Origin: Paraspadella gotoi
Taxonomy: Eukaryota > Animalia > Chaetognatha
Reading direction: 5' to 3'
DNA length: 64,000 nt
Assembly (NCBI GenBank): GCA_051294375.1
Contig: CM119263.1
Location: forward strand, 3,373,232-3,437,231
A model generated the notes under the pieces. That model was given only the letters and a program-made list of their open reading frames with translations, was not told the DNA's origin and did not search any database. The first letter of the stretch is position 1. Every line of letters starts with the position of its first letter. The position numbers and the translations under genes were made by a program. Shown one piece after another: positions 35,159 to 48,600 of this stretch.

Positions 35159-35911
35159 GAATTCCCAGTAAACCGCAAATCCACAGTCTGCAACCCCCGT
35201 CTTTTTTCAAGACCCGAAGTTTTTTCCAAGTTCAGATTCGTTCATTGAAACTCAATTCAAAATATTGACTTGAATATAATTGAATTGAATATAATTGAAT
35301 ATAATTGACTTGAATATATTTGAATAACTTTGCAAAAATATTCAAAAATCTCTATTCGATCAAATATTTCAAAGACTTTGTTCAAAATTCTCGTAAGCTA
35401 AACTTACGAAAATTATAGGTTATTCTTATTACCTTACAACAAATAATATACCGACCTTTCGACGAAATAAAATCAAAACATAACAAAAAAACAAACATTT
35501 AATTGTTTCTTTTTTTAAAATCGACCTTCGCCCACAAAAATCCACTTGAAAGTAAAACGGAGGAGCGGTGCCGGGGGGGAGCAAAGGGGGGGAGTAGAAA
35601 TTCTCTTTAGGTTCTTCCGGGTACAAATCTTTTTTTTTGGGGTTTTTTTTTTCGTTTCTGTTTTTTCGTTTTACCGCATTTGACTCATTTGACTTCGGCC
35701 TTTATATTTTTTTTCATACTTAAAAAAATATTTTAAAATCATTATTCATTTCATTCGCGGCAGATTTCATTTATTAAGCGAATTTCTGACTTCACATTCG
35801 AGTAAATATTTATGATTGGGTTAACTTCTGAATGTTTTAAATTAATATTTCTTCCTTTCTTCCTTCCCCTCCTCCTCCTCCACCTCCTCATCCCCAACTC
35901 CTCCTTCAAAG

Positions 35912-36382
35912 GTGGACACTCTTCGCTACGGCATCGAGAACGGTCTCGATCCACAATCACCCGACGTCCGCCGCAAATCTCCCCTCGATCTGGCGACGCA
36001 GCTTTTCAGCCGCCGCTGCGTCGAGTACCTGCAGAGCTGCTGCAGCCTGACCACGCCCAACCCAACGCCGCCGCGGCCGAGCTTCGCCACGCTACGCGGC
36101 GCCATCCGGGACGGCAATCGGGCAGCGGCGCGGCACGCGCTCCGCAACGGCGTCGGACCGGACGACGGGTACTGGGATCCGCAGTACAACATCACTCTGT
36201 TGATGCACGCGGCCGAGATGGCGGATCTGGGAATGGTGAATCTCCTACTCAAACACGGAGCTGACCCGAATCGACGAAACCCTTACGGTCTCTCGGCCGT
36301 GCACTATGCCGCCGCCGGCGGGACCAAGGCCGTCTTGAGGGATCTGATCCGCGGAGGGGGCGATTTGGGGGCGGCGACGAAG
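35912..36382 (+). CDS. Ankyrin-repeat protein, exon 3
   Basis: Acceptor ctccttcaaAG, phase 0; VDTLRYGIENGLDP...KSPLDLA...TLLMHAAEMADLGMVNLLLKHGADPNRRNPYGLSAVHYAAAGG...GGDLGAATK; donor AAG|GTGGGT. Confidence 0.9.
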
Positions 36383-36534
36383 GTGGGTAGGTGGGAGGGA
36401 GAAGTGGAGAAGGGTTGACCGGTGTGTTGAGCGTTTAAATAGTTAATCAAGCCGAGAAAAGTGTTTTAGGCGTCATTAGAGAATCCCTTTCCTAACGAAT
36501 TTCCCCTCTCTTCTTGACCCCCCCTCTCTTGAAG

Positions 36535-37341
36535 GATGGTTGGACGGTCGTCCACTGCGCCGCCGCCTACAACAAGATCGAGAACCTCAAATACGCCATC
36601 GAGATGGGAGTAAACTTCGACGCCGCCGACCGCCTGGGAAAGACCGCCCTTGACCACGCCCGCACGATGGACAATCGTCTCATCGTCAAGTATCTGAAGG
36701 AATTGCGGGCGGAGAGAGAGCGTTTGACGCCGCCCCGCCCAGTCGACGACGCCGCCGACGCCGGGCTCAGCGAGAGTCAAGGACGCGGACTGGAGCAGCG
36801 CCAAGCGCCGTCCTTTGCCGACCTCCGCGCCGCGGTCGACCTCATGGACGCCGATCGCGTTGAGGCGCTGCTCAAACTCGGCATCGATCCTGACGCCGGA
36901 TTTCAAGACGACGCGGATCGTGTCACGCTGCTGATGGAAGCGGCTGCCCGGCGCTACCGCCGCGTCGTGCGGCTGCTGCTGATCTACGGAGCGGATCCTG
37001 ACCGCGCCACAAAGATGAATCGGAGGACGGCGATGCATTACGCCGCCGGCGCCGGGGATGTCGAGATCATGGAACAGCTCGTCCACCAGGGCGCCGACGT
37101 GCAGGCTTTAGACGCCCACAAGATGTCGGTGCTGCACTGGGCCGTCGTCGGCGATCACGTGGCGGCGCTCAAGTACGGCATCGGCAAAGGCGTCGACATT
37201 TATCAAAGAGACGCGGACGGTTACACGGCTCTCCAGATGGCGCGGCGGATCAGGAGCGGAAGGTGCGTGAGGTACTTGAAGTACGTCATGTCCAATTCCG
37301 CGAGGGTAAGGTTCAGGTTCATTCCGCGGGGAGGGAAGTGA
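36535..37341 (+). CDS. Ankyrin-repeat protein, exon 4 (probably terminal)
   Basis: Acceptor ctctcttgaAG, phase 0; DGWTVVHCAA, GKTALDHA, TLLMEAA, RTAMHYAA, MSVLHWAV and GYTALQMA ankyrin motifs; TGA at 37339-37341; AATAAA near 37500. Confidence 0.9.
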   Translation, partial: DGWTVVHCAAAYNKIENLKYAIEMGVNFDAADRLGKTALDHARTMDNRLIVKYLKELRAERERLTPPRPVDDAADAGLSESQGRGLEQRQAPSFADLRAAVDLMDADRVEALLKLGIDPDAGFQDDADRVTLLMEAAARRYRRVVRLLLIYGADPDRATKMNRRTAMHYAAGAGDVEIMEQLVHQGADVQALDAHKMSVLHWAVVGDHVAALKYGIGKGVDIYQRDADGYTALQMARRIRSGRCVRYLKYVMSNSARVRFRFIPRGGK

Positions 37342-38402
37342 GGGTAAGGGAGAGAAGAAGTAGGGGAGAGAATATTCGCTGCGGGGAGGATTTATAAATT
37401 GTGGAAGAATTTAAGAGAATTGGACTTTTGAAGGGAAAGTATGGACCTTCCTTCTTTGACTGCCAAAAACGTTAATTGACAACGCGTGTAATTTATTTAA
37501 ATAAAACAGATTATGCATTTATTTTCGTTTGTGTACAGACTGTAATTTTGTATAATTAATTTTTGTATTTGTCTCCTGTTTACGTGTTTAGTTGTAAAAC
37601 GTTATGATATTGTTTCTACAATTTGTATATTTGTTTCGATGTGAACTTGTTAAAAATACAATTAAACATTGTTTTGGGTCCGATTCTGTTGACTTTTCTA
37701 TACAATTTTTATTAAAAATTCATTTGTTTGCGATTTCACGCTGGACGGTAAAATACCACCAACTCTTTCGCTACAAAGAACGACTTGAAAGGTTTGGGTG
37801 GTTTTGAAATATTTCGCGAGTAAAGTCTAATAAAACTAAGAACAACCGAAAGTTTTGTTTGATTATAAAACCTTTTTTCAAATATGAAGAAAAGATTTAA
37901 ATTTGAGGGTGAGAATGAAGATGATGATGACGATGATGATGATAAGCAAGCATAAGCATAAGCAAGCATGTTAGAACAATGAAAGACTTGGCCATCTAAT
38001 AGAAATCCAACAGATTGCCCAAAGCTAAGGTAGCTTATACAATCTCTGTTTTAGTTTTACTCTTACATTAGGATTCAAAAGTATAAAAATAATTGAGTTT
38101 ATTCCCTCTTTTCCTATAAAATAAAACAAGCAGACGAAAGGAAAAGAAGCAAACAAAAAACAAAAAAACAAAAAACAAAAAACAAAACAATCAAATAAAC
38201 GAAAGAACTAATAAGCTACACACAAAAAACAGAAACGCTGGCGTTCTTGATCCGTCCTGAGGTTTGATTTACTTCCGTCGTCCCTGAACGCGGGATCCGC
38301 CGCTGCCTCGACTCCCGACCTTCCCCTTAAGGTGAGACAACTGTTCTCCAACAGGAAGACATAAATCCCGAACGCGCCGCCCAAGACGAGGATAACCAGT
38401 TC

Positions 38403-38528
38403 ATTAAGATCGATCTTATTAAGATCTTATTAAGATCTTATTAGGTTCTTAATAAGATCTTATTAGGATTTTATTAGGATCTTATTAAGATCTTATTAGG
38501 ATCTAATTAAGATCTTATTAAGATCGAT
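38403..38528. repeat. 11-bp palindromic-unit minisatellite, ~11 copies
   Basis: (ATTAAGATCTT)n; the junction-spanning core TAAGATCTTA is self-complementary. Confidence 0.92.
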
Positions 38529-38689
38529 CGGGATTGATTCTCATTAGCGCTTTTGTTCCCTTCGCTAAAAAAAAAGAAAGAAAGAATAAAAAGAAAAAAT
38601 GAAGAGATTCAAATCTTTAACTTTGAATCTCACGCATCCTTTCCCAACCTCAATTTCATTCACTGTCACCCCACGTGAATTTCCCAATT

Positions 38690-38696
38690 GGTCATT

Positions 38697-38792
<96 letters not shown>

Positions 38793-41512
38793 TTCACGAC
38801 GGACGAATAACAATCACATTTGTCGGCGCCTCACGATCCCCGAGCGAGAGTTTTAACAAACGAAAAAAACTAAGAGTTTTTTTTATTAATAAAAATGCTA
38901 TAAGGGTCAGAAATGAGAGGTAACTGCGCAATAGTAACCTTTGATATTCCTTTAATATTTTGCTATTTTTATCCTGGAATTTTTTGGTGTGGAGATAATT
39001 GTCGTTTTGTTTATTTTATTTTAAATTTTGTTTATTGATTTTTAGTTTTGTATTTTTTTTGTTTTGTCCTTTCTTTCTATGGATTTGACTAAATACTGTC
39101 GGGAAGAAACTTTAGTATTAAGTTTAAAAAATTAAACTAACTAATTATGACTGACCGGGAAACGGCGGACGAGGCGCGAAGTCGAAGCTTGTCTAAAATG
39201 TCTATGTCTCTAACTTTCCATGTATCTCTGTCAGGTTCACCACCTCCTCTTCCTCCTCCTCCTCCTCCTCCTCCTCCTCCTCCTCCTCCCCCCCACCTTC
39301 TTCTTTGACATTTGGAGTCTTAACGCAGAAAAACCGTCAAAAACGAGAGAAGACGAATCAGTTCTTTTCCTCTTTTGATTGAAGGATCAAAAACAAGAAG
39401 AAGATACTTTTTTTTAAGGGGAGATGCTTTTGTAAAGGGGTGCGGGTTTTTTCGGGGAGAGAAGCTGTTTGTTAGGGGAGAGGCTTTTTCTAAGGGGAGA
39501 GGCTTTTTTAAGGGGAGAGGTTTTTCCTAAAAAATGTTGAAAGGACGAAATAAAATTAAATTAAATTTTTTGGGAAAAAAATATATGAATAACAAGATTT
39601 TTTTTTAATAGAATAGAAAGGAAAAAAAGGGGAAAGTGTCCTTTGGCGGGAAAAAAAGAATAGGACTTAATCGGGTTTAGTTTAAAAAAAAAATAATCAA
39701 GGAGTGGAATTAAGGAAGGATTATTTAAAAAATGTTTTAGTGTTTAAATGCGCAAAAATTGGTAAATCTTTGATGAGCTCATGAGCCTATGGGTTAATTA
39801 TTAAAGATAAAAGTAGGAAATATTATGCTTTCAAGAAAAACGATTATGTATTGTCTATTCTATATATTTGTATGCTATAAGATTAGGAGAGAGAAAAAGA
39901 GAGAGAGAAAGAGAGTCCAAGATCACGTCACCTGAGAGTTTTTTTCAGAAACTATGTCACGATTTTGTCTCACAACTTTTAAAAAACAAATATTAGTTCT
40001 TTTTAATTTTTGTTAGATCTTTTCTATTTTATATCCTCAAAGTAAACTAATATTTCTCACATTCTTGTCGATATTACTTCTTATGATAACAATTTATTGA
40101 AATATAATATAATATTTTAAAGAATTAAATAAAATACTGTAATAAAAAGCAGAAGATATTTAGCGGACTGTTTGGAATATAATTAGTGACATTCATTTTA
40201 TATTTTTATTATATAGTTATATTTAAAACAAAGACTTTCAGTAACGATATTAAAATATAGAAAATAAGGTTTTTCCCGAGAAATAAAGACAGACAAGATT
40301 CCAGAGTAGATACAGATGAATTATAAATGAGGGCAGATTAATCTAAGGCCTCGAATTATGAATGAAGGTAGCTGAATTTAAGGCTTCAAATTATGAATAA
40401 GGGCATCTGATTTTAAGGCCTCTAATTATGAATGAGGGCAGATGAAATTAAGGCCTCGAATTATAAATGAGGGCAGATGAATTTAAGGCCTCAAATTGAT
40501 GATGAGAGGCAGATGAATTTAAGGGCCTCAATCTAAATGAGCAGCATAGTTTAGCTTTCAAATATGATGAAGGCAGATGAATTTAAGGCCACGAACTTAT
40601 AACATGAGGCAGATGGAAAACTTTTAAGGCCTCGAATTATATCAAATGAGGAGAAGACCAGCATGAATTTAAGGCCTCGAATTATAAATGAGGGCAGATG
40701 AAATTAAAGGCCTCGAATTATAAATGAGGGCAGATGAATTTAAGGCCTCGGGCCAAGAGAAGGACGCGCGCCTTGAAAGGAAAACGTCTTCACGAAGCTC
40801 TTTCCTGTTTGGAATGTGAAATACTTGTCAGAATACTTGAACATTTTTATTATCAATTGTCCAACTTTTTTTTTCACTTTAAGTACATTAAGTACCCGTT
40901 TTATTTTCTTCTAATCTGTCGGTTTTATGTCTCCGTTAAAATTATAGAAACGTTGACCCCCGACATTAGAGAGAGACACGCGGCTAAGGAATTCCATGAA
41001 ATATTTATTATTCTAAATTCTTAATGTTTATTTTTAGTCTTTGGTTTAATTGGATAAACAGGTAGAGGGGGCTACCGGGAGAGCGATTAAAGTGACAGAT
41101 TAGAACGAAGGCAAGATAGAGGAAATAAATTGTGTGATTCAAGAAAAAATGTAATTATTTATTTAAGAAGAAAGTAGTATTACTAACACTATTAGTATAT
41201 ATTAGTATATACTATTAGGAAGTCATATGAATTAAAAAGAGAAAAATAAAGACAGAAACGTGGAGGTAGAGTTGTATTGAAATTCAATAAATGATCCTAA
41301 AATATTAATATTGCAAAAATACTTTGCATTTTTCATATTAATATGCCTCTTGGAGGAATCATTCTACAACCGCTAACGCAGGCGCTCAACTCGTCTCGCT
41401 CCGGTTACGCGCATGCGCAGTTTTTTCCTCACGACTCACGAGACGCGTTCGAGGTCGAGAAACTTTTTTCTGTGAAAAATGATGGAGAGAAGAAGAGATG
41501 CCGATATGAGAG

Positions 41513-41557
<45 letters not shown>

Positions 41558-41574
41558 AGAGAGAGAGAAGAGAG

Positions 41575-41606
<32 letters not shown>

Positions 41607-42629
41607 TGTGAAATGTTGAATTGTTGATTCCATATACTTGAATTAATGACATTCGATATTTTCCACTCACTTCAAAGATCGCAATTTCCGAGTTTTTCAC
41701 TTTTCACATCTCACATCTTATGTTCACTCGACTCAGCATTTTGACTCCAAACACGAAACCGAATGACTAATGATTCCATTCGACTTCACGACCTTCTTCG
41801 TTCAAGAGAAGAACTCACTTTTTCGTGATGTGAGAAACTTCACTTTCCCGGAAGAGAAAACCTCACTTTCATTGAAGCGAGTCTTTCACTCTTTTTCGAA
41901 GTGAGGGTCGAACTTTCATCAAAATGGAGGCCAATAATTTTATTAAAAAGAAGACTTTAACTTTTGGAATAGAATTAGAAAAGAGCTCACCTTTTACCTA
42001 AAAAATGACTTCATCATTTACAGAAAAGAGCACCTACTTTCACCTATTAGAAAACCTAACTTTCACGAAAGATAGGACCTCACGTTTCCCTCTCTTAACC
42101 TGCCTTTGACAAAACGATCTTCCGGAGACTCTTCACCCGACTCCATTTATTTTCCGGGATCTAACTCCCTTCCGTCCACCGAGCCTCCCCCCCTTTCTTT
42201 CCCCCTTTCTCCCCTCTCCCCTTATTTCTCTTCGTCCAGGATTCTCTCCTCTCAATTTTCTCTTTTTTTTCTTTCCTCCCTTTTCTTCTTCCCCCTTCCT
42301 CCTCTTCCTCCCCCTCTCCTCCTCCTCCTTCTCCCCTCTACCCTCTACCGTTCCTCATCCTCTCCCTCTATCTTCTCCTCTTCCCATTTCCTCCTCTTTA
42401 TCCCCCTCTCCTCCTCCTATTCCTCTCCCGATACCGGATCTGTGAATCGATGATAAATGGTTTCCCTCGTTTTCTCTTTTGCCCTCCGCCGAAACCTTGC
42501 TCTGTTGTCGTCGTTGTTGTCGTCGTTGTCGTCGTTGTGGTCCTCGTTTTACAGTCGCAGTTGCCATTGATCCAAACGTCAAGGGTCGTAATAAATGGCA
42601 CAAAGTCATTTATCCTCTCTCTCTCTTCT

Positions 42630-42667
<38 letters not shown>

Positions 42668-45600
42668 CTCTACTCTCTCTCTTCTCTCTCTCTCTTCTCA
42701 TAATTCCACGACGACGAACATAACAATCACATTTTGCTGCGGCGCCTATCACGTCCCCAGAGGCGAGGGAGTTTTAACAAACGAAAAAACAAAAACTAAG
42801 GCAGTTTCTTTTTCTATTTATTAATAAAAATGCTATAAAGGGTCAGAAATAAGCAGTGATGCGTAAAACTGCGCCAATAGTAACGCGTTTGATATTCCTC
42901 TTAATATTTTTAGCTATTTTTATCCTAGGAATTTCTGGTGTGGAGATAATTGTGCGTTTTGTTTATTTATTATTTAAAAATTTTGTTTATGAGTTTTAGA
43001 TTTGTATATATTTTTTTGTTTTTGTCCTTTCTTTCTATGGGATTTGACTAAATACTGTCGGAAGTAAGCTTTAGATTAAGTTTAAAAAATTAAACTAACT
43101 TAATTATGACTGACCGGGAAACGGCGGACGAGGCGCGAGAGTCGAACGCTTGTGTCTAAATATGTTCTATGTCTCTAACTATTCCATGTATCCTCTGGTC
43201 AGAGCTTCACCACCCTCCTACTTCCTCCATCCCTCCTCCCTCCCTCCTCCTCTTCTCCCCCCAACCTTCTCTCTTGACATTTTGGCGCTTGGACTCTCTC
43301 TTAACGCAGAGAAAAAAAACCGTCAAAAAACGAGGAGAAAACGACGAAATCAGTTCTTTTCCTCTTTTGAGTATTATCGCGAGAGGCGCATAATCAAAAC
43401 AAGAAGACAGATATACTTTTTTTTAACGGCGGAGATGCTTTTGTAAAGGGGTGCGGGTGTTCGGGGGGAGAGGAAGTGTTTGTAGGGAGAGGCTCTTTTT
43501 CTAAAAGCGGGAGAGGCTTTTTTTAAGGGCGAGAGGTTTTCCTAAAAAATTGAGATGAAAGGACCGAAATAAAATTAAATTAAATTCTTTGCGGGAAAAA
43601 ACTATATGGATAACAACGATTTTTTTTAATAATAGAATAGAAAGGAAAAAAAGAGGGAAAGGTCCTTTGGCGGGAAAAAAAGAATAGGACTTAATCGGGT
43701 TTAGTTTAAAAAAAAAATAATCAGGAGTGGAATTAAGGAAGGATATTTTAAAAAAAATTGTTTAGTGTTTAAATGCGCAAAAATTGGTAAATCTTTATGA
43801 GCTCATGAGCCTATGGGCGTTTAATTATTATAAGATAAAAGTAGCGCAAATATTATGCCTTTCAAGAAAACGTTATGTATTGTTATTCTATATATTTGTT
43901 GATGCATAAGTTATTAGGAGAGGAGAAAAAAGAAGAGGAGAGAGAGAAGGTCAAGAATCACAGTCACCTGCAGAGTTTTTTTCAAGTAAACTATGTTTCA
44001 CGAATTTTGTCTTCACAACTTTTTAAAAAACAAAATATTAGTTCTTTTTAATATTTTTTGTTAGATCTTTTTCTATTATATCTTCAAAGTAAACTAATAT
44101 TTCTCACATTCTTGTCGATATAACTTCTTATGAAAGCAATTATGAAATATATATATAATATTTTAAAGAACTTAATAAAATACTGTAATAAAAAGCAGAA
44201 GAATATTTAGCGGACTGTTTGAATGTTAATAATTAGTGACATTCATTATTATATTTTATTATATAGCTTATATTTAAAACAAAGACTTTCAAAGTAACGA
44301 TATTATAATATAGAAAATAACGGTTTTCCCGAGAATAAAGAACAGACAAGATTCCAGAGTAGATACAGAATGAATTATAAAGGGGCAGATTAATCTAAGC
44401 TCGATTATGAATTATGAATGAGGTTAACTGAAATTTAAGGCTTCAATTATGAATAAGGGCATCTTGATTTTAAGGCCTCTAATTATGAATGATGGGCAGA
44501 TGAAAATCTAAGGCCTCGAATTATAAATGAGGGCAGATGTAATTTAAGGGCCTCAAATTATGAACTGAAGGCAGATCGATTAGCTTCAATTTAATAGGGC
44601 AGAGAATCTAAGGCCCGAATTATAAATGAGGCAGATGAATTTAAGGCTCAAGATCACAAAACGAACAAGTGGCGCGGTTCGACATTCCCTGTCGTACGAT
44701 TTTTATAGGAGTGAGCCGGCCATGTATGAAACAACTGTTCGTACACCATGGTCGCCTCGAAATTTATTATCGAAACCATCTTCTCAGGGCACGATGAATT
44801 TAACTTTATGGGGCAGTAAAATCTCAGACTTCAGTGAACTGACTGGACGGAAAACGGACAGCTCCGAGTGATTTAGAATCCTCGCGGTCGCATTCGCCTT
44901 ATTAAAGCGTCGGAAAGACCGTCTCGCAGTCTTCATAGACATGAGCGACGGCGAGCGTCGATCTCGAATTTGGACACGCCGGGCCGTTCGCGGGGCCTTC
45001 CAGAAGGAGCGCTGACCTCTAATGGGGGCTGCACGCGCGGGCACCATTAGAGAGCACAGGGGGAACAACGTCGTCTCTCACGTCAAGACAGAAAGTTCTC
45101 GGCTTTCCACTGTGCTTGACCCTGGTCGCACTTGATCCAATCTCACGAGGACGACAACTCGCTGTCAGAATACCCACGGCTCGTGAACAATTACGAGATA
45201 TTATCAAATTAGTCGCTACACTTTTTTTTTGTGGCCACTTTCAAGTAGCCACATTAAGGTATCCTCGCTTTCCTAATTTTACATATGCTAATCTGTCGGT
45301 TTGTAGGTGGTAACTCCTCGGATTTAACGGGAATTATAGAGTCAGATATACGTTGGAACCCCGGGCAGGAACCGACGAACTTACACCGAGGAGAGACTAG
45401 CGCGAGAAAGACGAGGAGAAGCGAAATAAAAACAGGATGGCCGCATTCGAATCACTCACTATTGACCAAAATATTAATATATAAAACTATTCATAACACT
45501 CTCTCCTGACGGCTTAATGTCTCATGTGTTTACGTCTTTCGGTTTGTTAATTGTCCGAGCAGGCGATGAAACAGGGTTAGGAGGGGGGCTACCTGGAAGG

Positions 45601-48600
45601 GGGGAATCAGGGAATCCCCCCTCGGTCCGGCACGCGCCGCCGCTTTCCCCCTACAAGAGCAGAGAGCGATTTAAGCGCGGTTCCATGTCAGCCCCTATGT
45701 GACCAGCCCATGTCATAGCGATTTGTGAGAACGAAGGCAACCGAGGACCATAGAGGAAATACACTTTTTAGGTATAGTGCTGATTCAAGAAAAAAAGTCG
45801 CCTAAGTGTAATATTAGTGTTAAGCTTGAGAACACGACCACAAGTCAGGTTATACTATTACACTTATTAGTATTATTCCTATTGAGTAGTTACTACTATG
45901 GATAAAAATCGCAAAGGAGATTCTAGGAGAGGAGCTCGTATGAAATTAAGAGAAAGGAGAAAAATAAAGACAGAAAGGTGGAATAACGATCGACTAAGAA
46001 TGCCGAACAAGGCCAATACCGAGTTGCGCTACTCATCGCAGAGCAATTCCGCGCACTAATCAAATCGCATCTCTTGTACTCGTAGGTGCGAGAGAGGGCC
46101 TCGAAGTGACCTTTGAATATTGCAAGGTTAGAATAGAGAGAGTACTGTGTGCGTTGGTCTCAGAATTGTTTCACGCTATTTGATGGTATCGTAATTACAC
46201 GTGACCTGCCTGACCAACTGTGGAGGTAGATCTTCAGCATCTTCTCCGACGGACGGTTGCACTCACACGCAGGGAGTCACGCGGGCGACATCGCGAGACA
46301 CTCGCTCGCTTGCCTTGCTTAGACGAACGCCTGGGATTCTCGGCTGAAAGGCCGGGAGAATGATAAAAAAATAAAAAATAGAAATTAAGAAAAAATATAA
46401 AACAAAACGACGATAACAAAATGTATTTTAGGTACCCTATTTCTCCCCTTTCCCTCCTTTCGGGCATTTCCGCCCTCAAGAACCTGAATATTGTAGCGTA
46501 CAATCGAATCGCAGGGTCACAAGACTGTGAAAATCTGTTTATGCGCTGATCGCTCGTGTCTCGTTATCGTCGCTCACCAGCCAGCTCACGGGTAGTTGCA
46601 CGCTCATCAGGAGGACTCGAGAGTGCACGAACAAAGAGCTGTGCTCTCTCCGTGTAGTAGACACAAAGGTCAGGCTGTATCGCGAGGTGAGAGTCACTTC
46701 ATCACTGTAAGAGAGAAATAGCATCGCACGATGAATAGAGATGGAAGAGAGGTGTTTGTCTTTGTAGAATTTGATGTTGTTTATCTGCACTAGTGATGAT
46801 AGTAGCAAAGTTGATGAATTAATGTAAAGTAGTGATTAAACTCAAAAAGATTTTGATTTAAAAATAAATTAGAATAATTAAGAATAATAGTTAGTTTAAA
46901 CTAAAAAAAATGAAAAAAAATGAAGATAGAGTGAAACAAAGTAATTTTTGCCAGTGGTGGCGGAATATTCACACCGCCTCACGTCCAGCAATCCTTCAGC
47001 CAAAATCCATTGGCTCAGGAGGGGAACACACCATCCCAGGCGTAGTGTTCCATCCACGAAGTCCTAAGGCATGATCCCTCTGCGTTGGCAAAGGACGATG
47101 ATGAGAGAGACCGGTCCGAGAGAGAATGATAGGAGGTTAACGCGGGACCAGTGAGCGTAGGAATGCGGTCACTAAAGTCAAGCCCCAAACGAACATAGAT
47201 CCCCATCCCAACATCACACAACCCGGCTGTTGCCTATGAGGTGGTGAGCCCTACGTATCGAACCGCAACCTTGCTAGGGTACGCTACGGACAAACGAGCG
47301 ACTATGCCCCTGAGCCGACATCAGGGGAGAAGGTGAGAACGCGAGCACAACGCCGACATATGGGCCGCCTGGAGTCGTACGCTACGACAAACGGCCAAAT
47401 ATCCCCCAGACAAACTCGGCGCTCGTGGATACTCATCTCTCTCTCTCTGCCCACATGTAACATCTGCAGACACCTCTTCAGCTTGAAGGAACGACTGAGA
47501 GTGATGTCTTTGGACGCCGATGGGATCCGTGTGGCGGTTATTCACGACCGGACCTCACGAGTCCACAATCCTTCAGCCAAATCCATTGGCTCCAGAGGGA
47601 AGAGCACGACCATCCCAGGATGGCGTTATTTCCATCCACAGTCGCAAACAAAGAGATGTTCCCTAACAAGCGATTGGACGATGTTGGGCAAGACGAGAAA
47701 GACCGTGAGAGGCACGTAGGAGTGGTGGAACATTGTTTTGAATTGGGTTATAACCTGCGGCACATGTGACTGGATGTGCCGTCACTGAGGGTCGGAATAA
47801 AGACCTCACTCTGCAAAGCCCATTACAGTGATAGAACATGTCCGATCTCCAATTTTGGTGCCATCTACGCAACACCTGGTTGAGATTGGCCGATGCGATT
47901 ATCATTAAATCCTCGGATTTATAATTATCATCTTTGGTGTTCCTGTCACATCTCACGAATTAATCCTTTTACTACGATAATCCACTCGCAGAGAACTTTG
48001 TTCTGCTCACGTACATTATTGTGTACTCTGCAAACGAGCTCAAATGAGGTTTAACCTCAATATTATAATAGATAAATATTTTTTTCCAAAACGACTAGGC
48101 TCGGCGTAGCGCCCATTGTCTCGGGCTACGCGACTCGCGAATGTTTCCTCTACGCAGCTACGTGTAACTACGCACCTTCTCAACTCCACAGTCTCACACG
48201 CGTGGCTGAAGAGATATCAGGAACGTTCTTTGCGTGATGTCTGTGAGAGGGATGAATAACTCTTGCACACCGGACTTGCTCCGGAATACACGAGCACACG
48301 ATCGATCCAGGGCGTAGATGTTACTCTCTCGCATAGCGACTCTCGATGAGTCTCGTGTATGGCCCTCGTGTATTGTGGCGGTGAGACGGAGAGGCTCGCG
48401 GGTCTGCACGCATCCGTAAGTGTGTGCGAGATACAGATCGTGTGAGGATCGTAAGTATTTCTAGCGGTGTCGACGCGACGCGGCAGAGCTTGGGCGATAG
48501 AGAGGCGTGGATAGATTCTACTAAGGCGCGCACATCTACCTTAAGCTGTTTGGAATAAGTCATATTGTAGAAGACCGACGACTGCGAGCCCTTCGTTGTT

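Noticed and set aside
35812-37086. Alternative-frame and antisense ORFs over the ankyrin exons
   Set aside because: GC-rich shadow ORFs; only one frame carries ankyrin motifs and consistent splice phases.
40310-40750. 35-bp repeats as a CRISPR array
   Set aside because: Units are contiguous with no unique spacers, there are no cas genes, and the context is eukaryotic.
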